From Octopus vulgaris (lineage: Eukaryota), in the NCBI GenBank assembly GCA_951406725.2, contig OX597819.1, positions 118,792,001 to 118,856,000 of the forward strand: a stretch of 64,000 bases of DNA, read 5' to 3'. This document shows, piece after piece, positions 55,830 through 64,000 of the stretch. The translations under genes were made by a program, and so were the position numbers. The notes beneath the pieces are model-generated. The model did no database searches and was not told where the DNA came from. It saw nothing but the letters and a program-made list of their open reading frames with translations. Numbering within the stretch: position 1 is the first letter of the stretch; every line of letters begins with the position of its first letter.

Positions 55830-55857
55830 TCATAATGATAATAATAATGATATTAAA

Positions 55858-55904
<47 letters not shown>

Positions 55905-55947
55905 TAATAATAATAATGATCATAATGATAATAATAATGATATTAAA

Positions 55948-55997
<50 letters not shown>

Positions 55998-56025
55998 TCA
56001 TAATGATAATAATAATGATATTAAA

Positions 56026-56081
<56 letters not shown>

Positions 56082-56124
56082 TAATAATAATAATGATCAT
56101 AATGATAATAATAATGATATTAAA

Positions 56125-56188
<64 letters not shown>

Positions 56189-56240
56189 TTAATAATAATA
56201 ATAATAATAATAATAAAGCAATAATTATAAATATAATAAC
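55355..56240. repeat. ~880-bp (AAT)n array with 8 higher-order GATCATAATGATAATAATAATGATATTAAA units
   Basis: DHNDNNNDIK appears 8 times in the ORF translation. Confidence 0.92.
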
Positions 56241-56269
56241 GATGGAATCTCCCGGCGAAGACGACGAAT

Positions 56270-56442
56270 AAGTGCTCAGCACATTGACGTTGAATGAATA
56301 GGTTCACGATGTACCACACGCCATATATCGAAGTGATCGCAGAGCAATGTGAGATAAAGTGTTTTGCTCATGAACACAATGCACCACCAATGACCTCGCG
56401 GCCGTGAGCGCTACACCCTAAACACTAGACCATGCGCCCACA
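56270..56442 (-). mobile_element. SINE family D, degenerate
   Basis: gatcgcagagcaatgtgagataaagtgttttgctcatgaacacaa...ccctaaacactagaccatgcgcc. Confidence 0.6.
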
Positions 56443-56534
56443 ATAATAATCATAATAATAATGTTTTTTTCCAGTATAGACACAAGGCCTGGATTTTATG
56501 GGGAGGGAGAAAGTCGATAACATCGACCCTAGTT

Positions 56535-56612
<78 letters not shown>

Positions 56613-56664
56613 GTTATTATTATTATTATTATATAATTATATTATACATATTATATTATATTAT

Positions 56665-56695
<31 letters not shown>

Positions 56696-56716
56696 TCATT
56701 GTTATCATTATTATTA

Positions 56717-56831
56717 TAGGCGTAGGAGTGGGTGTGTGGTAAGTAAATTGCTTACAAAATACACGTCATTTGCGTGTTTGGAGTCTCTAAGGCCAGGGTT
56801 CGTTCTCCTAGATGTTGTTGAGAATATATGG

Positions 56832-56887
<56 letters not shown>

Positions 56888-57110
56888 GGTTCTAGGTGCA
56901 GTCCTACTGCCTGGCACCTTGGGAACATGTCTGCTGCTATAGCCTCGGACCGTCCAAAGCCTTGCTAGACGGAAACTGAAAGAAGCTTGTCGTATATATG
57001 TATATATATATATGTGTGTGTGTGTTTGTTTGTGTTTTCTGCCTTTGTCCCCCCAACATCGCTTGACAACCGATGGTAGTATGTTTACGTCCCCGTAACT
57101 TAGCAGTTGG
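56717..57110 (+). mobile_element. SINE family A interrupted by an insertion plus (TA)n (56760-56884)
   Basis: Head taggcgtaggagtgggtgtgtggtaag, then foreign sequence, then catggttctagg...gcttgacaaccgatgg. Confidence 0.8.
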
Positions 57111-58487
57111 GAAGTTCCAAATAGGATGGTGACGCTCTCACCATTTACTTATCATGGGAATTAATTTTGTAGTATTTCAGGCATCACAGTGGATGTACTG
57201 CCCTTGTCTATCAAGTATTCGGAGTACTCTTTTTCAGCGAAGATTGGGCAGCCAGAAACATGATCAATTGTCTCTTTGAATTTTCCGCAAATCCTTAAGG
57301 ACATTTGCTTGGTAATTTCTGGTAGGTAAGCTCTGGTTTTGCACGGCAATAATAAAAACCGCCATTACCTTTTTCAGACCTGTCCCTTGTAGGCATTGGT
57401 GTTAGATTGCTTAATATGTGGCTTGGACAGGCGGTTAGATTATTTTCCATGTAGGAGTTTGCCTTTCTAGTTGCCTTCGGTATATTATTAATGCAAGCCT
57501 ATTTTGCTTTTTGCTTGATGTATTTGCATCAGTGATAGGTATTTCACTATTTGTATCTCGTTGTTCAAATCAAAATCAGGAGAAGCAATGGTAGGTCTGT
57601 CAGTATTTGGGTGTCTTTGACCATTCTTATTGTTAGATTGTAGGCCAAGAGACTTTAAAATTTCTTACTAAGCTTCATGATTGAAGCATGCATGTAATCT
57701 TCATGCTGCAGTGCAGTTCGCAAGAGCACGTCACTTGTATTAAGATGCATTTCAAGGCCTATTATTGCTGATTTGAAGGATTATTCGAGATGTATCTGGC
57801 CTTTCCGCCTATTTTTCTTGGGATATAAATGTTGTCTATATCTAACTTTGTATATTGCCTTCGGTACCTTGTAAATAATTTAGGTTCTTTCCTTCCATAT
57901 TCTGCATGTTAGCGAGACTCCACTTAATGATACGAAAACCATAAGTGCTTCTTGGTATGATGAAAAAATTGATCGCATTAATTCTTTTCGCAGCATTTAA
58001 GTCTGAGTTTAGGACCATTTTCACCCTTCGGTAGCATTCCTTGTAAATTTTCTCTTTCATTTTAGAGTGCTGGATACCAATACCTTCATTGGTTCCCAGG
58101 TATTTGTATACTTCGGATTGGTCTAGGTTTCGAATAGCTATGGAGGTATCAAGTTCTATGTTTTATGCCTTTATGAACTTCTCTGCCTTTAAAGTAGCCT
58201 TTGCACACTTATAGATTCCGAATTCCATACCTGTATCAGAGCTGAAATCTTTGACAATCTTCAGGTGCTTTTCTAATTCTTTTTCAATTTTGGCAAACAG
58301 TTGTGGTTCATCCATATAGAGTAGGTTGAGAACATATGGAAATATATATATGTATATATATATATGACAATCAAGGAACGGCCATAATAGGCCATTCACC
58401 CACTAGAAATAACAGCCAAAGCTTTAACCGCAAAATAACATTAATTCCGTAAACCAGGAGAAAATTAAAAAAACATTTACCCTGTAA

Positions 58488-58592
58488 TTTCTTATACGAT
58501 GCACCGTTTCATCTACTGTTTAATGGTAAACTAACCTGATTAAATTAAATCAAGCCAATCTTCCATAGGCCCTTAGATTCCTCAGTAAGAAA
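58488..58592 (-). ncRNA. Type-I hammerhead ribozyme (minus arm)
   Basis: Reverse complement of 59094-59198. Confidence 0.85.
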
Positions 58593-59093
58593 TAGCCAGA
58601 ACGGAACAGATATTTTCACGAGGCATTTCCGTCCCTGCCTCGGCAATATCTGACCTAAAATTTTCAAATCATCGCACTCGCGCCAAATTTATCGGCAGCA
58701 AATAAATATAAGCCGCCGATTCCATTACGGAATCATGGTTTACGGAATTAATGTTATTTTGCGGTTAAAGCTTTGGCTGTTATTTCTAGTGGGTGAATGG
58801 CCTATTATGGCCGTTCCTTGATTGTGATGTTGATCTTATAAATGGTCTATGATTATTTAATTTTTTCCCCACTAGGCCGCTGGTGGCAAAAAAAATTCTA
58901 CAAAATTTTTTTTTTGCCACCCTATATTGATTAATTATGAATTTTCTGGTTGATTCCGTAATGGAATCGGCGGCTTATATTTATTTGCTGCCGATAAATT
59001 TGGCGCGAGTGCGATGATTTGAAAATTTTAGGTCAGATATTGCCGAGGCAGGGACAGAAATGCCTCGTGAAAATATCTGTTCCGTTCTGGCTA

Positions 59094-59198
59094 TTTCTTA
59101 CTGAGGAATCTAAGGGCCTATGGAAGATTGGCTTGATTTAATTTAATCAGGTTAGTTTATCATTAAACAGTAGATGAAACGGTGCATCGTATAAGAAA
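59094..59198 (+). ncRNA. Type-I hammerhead ribozyme, predicted cleavage after GUA at 59191
   Basis: tttctta-CTGAGGA-atcta...tagat-GAAA-cggtgcatcg-TA-taagaaa: 7-bp stem I, 5-bp stem II, quasi-palindromic stem III. Confidence 0.88.
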
Positions 59199-60439
59199 TT
59201 ACAGGGTAAATGTTTTTTTAATTTTCTCCTGGTTTACGGAATTAATGTTATTTTGCGGTTAAAGCTTTGGCTGTTATTTCTAGTGGGTGAATGGCCTATT
59301 ATGGCCGTTCCTTGATTGTGATGTTGATCTTATAAATGGTCTATGACTATTTAATTCTTTCCCACTAGGCCACTGGTGGCAAAAAAATTCTACAAAATGT
59401 TTTTTTGCCACCCTATATTGATTAATTATGTATATATATATACACACGGTTCCAGGTGCAGTCCTACTGCCTGGCTCCTTGGGAACGTGTCTGCTGCTAT
59501 AGCCTCGGGCCGTCCAAAGCCTTGCTAGATGGAAACTGAAAGAAGCTTTCTGGACAAAGATCTTACACCGTCCCTTACCTTTTTTCGGTTTCATGGACAA
59601 TGAGAACAGATCAAGGCAGAATAGTAATGGTTGTATTGATTCACATTGAAAAACACCACAGGCAATATTTATGTCTGTTGAAGGGGTATAGTTTAAAATA
59701 AGGTTGGATCTCCACGAATTATGGTTATCTTTAAAATGTTCATAACTGTGGAAACTATCTTTCAAATTTCCAAGGCCTTGATAACCCGTGCATGGGGAAC
59801 ACTGTCAAAAGTCTTTTTGTAATCTATCCAAGCGATGCTGTGTTTTCTGCGTTTGGATTTGCAATTTTCAATGCTCATTTTATCAATCAGTAATTGGTCC
59901 TTACGTCCATCTGAACCCCTTTTACATCCATATGCTCTATTCACTATTATAGATATTAATCGTTTATATATTGCGGTGAAACCTGTTATGGGTCGGTATT
60001 CTTGGGGGGGGGGGTTCAGTAGTTTTTTTTTAGTAAGAGATATGTAATCCCTTCTGTAACCCACTTTGGGGCTTTCACAAGGTTGGACATGACTTCATTG
60101 AGTGCTACGGCTAAGTTGTGGTGAATGCTCATTAGAAGTTTGGAATCTTACCTATGCCCGGGGATATTGCGAATAATATATATTATTCCTTTATAGTTTC
60201 GCCACTTTCCAGCTTGATCTCATGGTTTTTACTCATTTTTACCCGGTTGAGAATCATTACACCACGTTTCTCGATTCCAAATTCCTTGCCGTCAAACTCT
60301 CAATTTCGTTCTCAGTCTTAGCAAATAGCTTTAGGTCAACCATAAATCACAGGTTGTTTGCTTTCACTCTGCCTAGCATGTACCCCACACCCATCATTCT
60401 TAAAACGCTCTTTAGTGGCAGTATGCAGACAACGAATAG

Positions 60440-62455
60440 GACAGATTGTCCACTTGAAAGATATTTATCTCTCCCAGCTTATCTCCCCATGCTTCAGTTT
60501 ATCACATTTACATTCAGTTTCGCATTAACTTCAGAATATTGTGCAATGTGTTTTGTTTATTTGAACATGATCTACCATCTGCACTCAACTCTCAACAGCA
60601 TGCTTCAGATACTGGAGATATAACATGTTTCTGAGATTTTAAAATTGGCTATCTTATCTTGGCATTTTTATGTTTCATATCTTGTGCAAAGTGCACATGT
60701 GATTTTTTTCGAATTTCTTCATGTTAGTAGTAGGGAGTCTATGCTTCTTCCCGATATAAAGTGTCCTCAAAATATAAAATCTGTATACACTTATTTTAGT
60801 TTTCCTACTGATATCTTGTTCATACTACAAACGATGGGAATTTGCTTCTAAAATCAATCGTAGATTTAAATATTCTAACCTTGGTTTCGTCATCGAGAGT
60901 ATTCTTAAAGTTTATTGTACTTCCAAGATATTTAAATGACCTTACACGTTTATGTGGCCTGTTGTTTATCATCATGATTGATTCTTGAGTATTGCGTGTT
61001 CCTGGCCTAGGTTGGAATAAAACTTCAGTCTTCTTGAGGCTGATAACCAGTCCAAATGCACGAGCTGCTGCAACAAATCTGCCAATCGTTTCCTGAATTC
61101 CCTAAAGTATGGAAGAAATCAAAGCACAATCATCAACAAGAAGAAATCACGAATGGTCTCTTTCTTGGTCTATTCCTTTGATCTGACACTTTGCCCTTTC
61201 ATGTATAATAGACCTCCTTATATGGGAAACTGGAATTTTTCATATTCATGGTAATCCCTGAAAGCATGTTGGAGCTTCAATGAAAAGAAAACGAAAAAAG
61301 GTAGAAGAGCTAAAACACATCCCTATTTGGTTCCAGTGGCAACAGGAAAAATGCCTCTGAACATTGACTACTAGATATTATTGGTGCTATCATTCTTTTC
61401 TGTAAGGATATTATTACCCTCATAATCTATCAGGAGGTTATGGTTTTCACAAAATTTACCAGAGTATCTGACGATTCACTTAACATAGGCCTCAGTCAAT
61501 TCAACAAAAATGAAAAGTAAGAGCGGCGAGCTGGCAGAAACGTTAGCACGCCGGGCGAAATGCTTTGTGGTATTTCGTCTGTCGTTACGTTCCGAGTTCA
61601 AATTCTGCCGAGGTCGACTTTCCCTTTCATCCTCCAGGGGTCAATAAATTAAGTACCAGTTACGCACTGGGGTCGATGAAATCGATTTAATCCGTTTGTC
61701 TGCCCTTGTTTGTCCCCTCTGTGTTTAGCCCCTTGTGGGTAGTAAAATAAAACAATTCAACACATCTACAGTTCTGTATATTGCTCATGTGCGTTCTCTT
61801 GTTGGAAGGCAAATATTAAGTCATCTGTAGCTCTCCTAGCTCGAAATCTACATTGGGATTCAGGATATTTACTGTTTATTAGATTCTAATGATGCGGTTA
61901 AAGAAGATTGTTTCCAGCTATGCACAACAAGCTTATTCCTCTGTGATTAGCACACACTCTTCTCCTCCTTGTACAATTGCTTTATAGATGCATCATCTTT
62001 GAACTGCTAAGGAAGAGATCCATTTCCCAGGTCAAATACAAGTTGTCTGCTACTATGCTTTTACACTTCTATGTTAATATTGTCTTACCCAGGAGCTTAA
62101 ATATTGGGAAGCTATTTTCTTTGCAGTACTTATCTCTTTCAAGGAAGTATCTTCCGCTGGTTTTCCAATTATAGGCCACTAGTTGATTACATGAAGTGTT
62201 CAGACCATTTTTCAGAATTTCCTCCTTGCTGCTTAAGTTTTCTTTTTGTCGTTTGAGAGAACAGAGTCTGTGTTAACCTTTCTTGAACCAAATGTACCCT
62301 ACAGATTTTCATAAATCCGTTCAAATTGTAAGACTTAGCAGCCTGTTCTAATTCTTGGGTGTTTTTACTTTGTTTCGTTTTGGCCATCAAGAATTTTACA
62401 TCACAATCAGCTTATTCTGAGTAGTTTTTCTAGAGACATATGAGGATCTGGGTGT
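60440..62455 (-). mobile_element. Decayed RTE-clade LINE, interrupted by a SINE B
   Basis: Minus translations FLLVDDCAL, RFVAAARAFGLVISLKKTEVLFQP, SFKYLGSTI and KWSEHF. Confidence 0.75.
61521..61750 (+). mobile_element. SINE family B, full length
   Basis: gcggcgagctggcagaaacgttagcacgccgggcgaaatg...ttagccccttgtgggtagtaaaa. Confidence 0.9.
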
Positions 62456-62500
<45 letters not shown>

Positions 62501-63854
62501 CATATATATATAATGTCCATCGGATGTCCTGGGTGTGATACAGGTAGATATGTGTGTGTGTGTGTGAATATGTATGAGTGATTGTATGTGATATTAATCC
62601 GATTTCCTATCTTTGTCCTTCCTATACCATTAACCTATTTAGCCTTTTAAGATGCTTCATTACATTGCTGTAAAGTGATTTCATATTTGAGTGAGAATCG
62701 AAAATATACTCAGTATGTGAAATATGTCAAAGGAAATGGAGAAAAGATAGAGTTGGCAATTGCTATGATGATGTATTTTGAAAGTTATTTCAGTGTAATC
62801 ATTAGTATTATAGGAAAAAAATGTATTTTGTGTTTAAGTTTAAATAACAGTCATACACGAATTATATTCGTCTTACGAAAATAGTTCCTTGATTGTTTTC
62901 TATTTAATCTTTTTATATTCTTAATCGTGAAATAAAAACAAAAGCAAAAGAATATTGCAAATATGAACAACGCAATATAGAAATAAAGAAACGTGCTTAC
63001 AATTTAAATTCAATAGTTTAACGAAAGACAATATCATTTATCACAAGATGTCCTGCTTTAGTTATTATTATAATGCTTTAAAAAAATGATTTTCTGTAAA
63101 AAGAATTATAAAACTATATTTACAGCAATTAAATGAATCATTATTTATGGTTAGCTGATGTACATTTGCTTCAGCTAAATTATAATTCACCGCAAGAAAC
63201 ATAATTATAGGTTTGTTATTATTGCTTTTCTCTGGCTGTTTCTTGTAGCTGATTTGGCTATATTTTTTAAAAGGGTTATTTTGAATCAGTTGCACTGCCA
63301 TACACAAATTATATTTAGATTGGAATGTAGAGTCAACGTAATTTAGTGCACCGTCTGAATGTAGTAGAACTGTTATTTAAAAGACGACCAATGCTATTTT
63401 TTTCTTCTCTCGTGAAAGAAATAAATCACGATTCCGCTTTTATTTTGTATGCATTTTTGCACAAAAAACAACATGGACAATTTTCGTAAAAACAGGGACT
63501 CACGTCTTCCATAAAATTAATATTATCGGTAAAGATTTAGGTGAAAAAATGGGTGAAAATAATAACGGAGTGTTTCAATAGCCACACAAACAACTACGAC
63601 ATTTGAAAATACATTACCGTTCTTCGTCATGTTCTTATGGTTTTCATATTCCATTTTACATGACACCAACCACTAAAACATTATATCAGCCTTAAACTCA
63701 GTTCAAATTTGATGGAAACATACACTAATCCGTAGAGCAAACAGAAACTGTACTCCGAAATCTAAAGCAAATGATACAGATGCAGTGTAGCACATATTAT
63801 ATTATACTTGAGTATAATGTTTCGCGGATTGACAGTTGACGGTCTCGTTTAGAG

Positions 63855-64000
63855 AATGCGTGGGCTAAGACTACTCGCCCTTCATTGGTCAGTTAAAGTT
63901 CCAACAGTGTCACGTGACAACTTGCTGGGGCTGCCTGCTGGAGCCTAGCAGCGGGTATTTAAAAGGAAATTTGACAAAACAATCACTCGCTCGCTGACAC
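63855..64000 (+). promoter_or_regulatory. Candidate Pol II core promoter: CCAAT (reverse), palindromic E-box, TATA and Inr
   Basis: ATTGG 63884-63888; TGTCACGTGACA 63908-63919; TATTTAAAA at 63956; Inr-like TCACTC with A at 63985, 29 nt after the TATA start; locally raised GC. Confidence 0.55.

Larger units (their letters stand above)
58367..59430. mobile_element. Second fold-back, ORF-less HHR element made of ~494-nt tandem units, inserted in (TA)n
   Basis: Minus arm 58367-58735; plus arm 58736-59430 with direct repeat 58736/59230 (period 494). No similarity to the 35.5-kb element was seen by eye outside the HHR core and 3' end. Confidence 0.9.
57115..60150 (-). mobile_element. Decayed R4/Dong-type non-LTR retrotransposon, split by the 58325-59548 insertion
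   Basis: YRPITG, GCKRGSDGRKDQLLIDK, IAWIDYKKTFDSVPH, GVFQ..PLLFC, LLYMDE, DTGMEFG..KC, ECYRRVKMVLNSDLN and RICGKFKETIDHVSGC in correct order. Confidence 0.85.

Noticed and set aside
55507-56125. CRISPR-like conserved 30-bp repeats with spacers
   Set aside because: Spacers are plain (AAT)n, the context is eukaryotic and there are no cas genes.
55159-56319. Long poly-Asn and poly-Ile ORFs (306, 266 and 386 aa)
   Set aside because: Open only because the (AAT)n array lacks stops in those frames.

Overview
AT-rich, microsatellite-dense eukaryotic non-genic DNA. The SINE families and the (TA)n/(AAT)n/(CAT)n load suggest a cephalopod such as Octopus; this is an inference from recalled repeat sequences. 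No host protein-coding exon could be supported, and most ORF-track entries are microsatellite translations. The window is a mosaic of tRNA-derived SINEs (about four families), decayed CR1/L2-type, RTE and R4/Dong-type LINEs, Tc1/mariner remnants and a Penelope-like (PLE) RT fragment, with a likely Pol II core promoter in the last 150 bp. The main signal is a population of ORF-less elements carrying type-I hammerhead ribozymes (HHR), mostly inserted in (TA)n tracts. Two young ones (35.5-36.75 kb and 58.4-59.4 kb) are head-to-tail ~535-nt and ~494-nt units folded into large inverted repeats with an HHR in each arm, as expected for retrozyme/PLE-type RNAs copied from circular or multimeric templates. 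There is also a five-copy ~150-bp family with a non-canonical CUGU(A/G)GA core, a small HHR palindrome and several degenerate HHRs. All motifs were read by eye, so coordinates of decayed elements are approximate.
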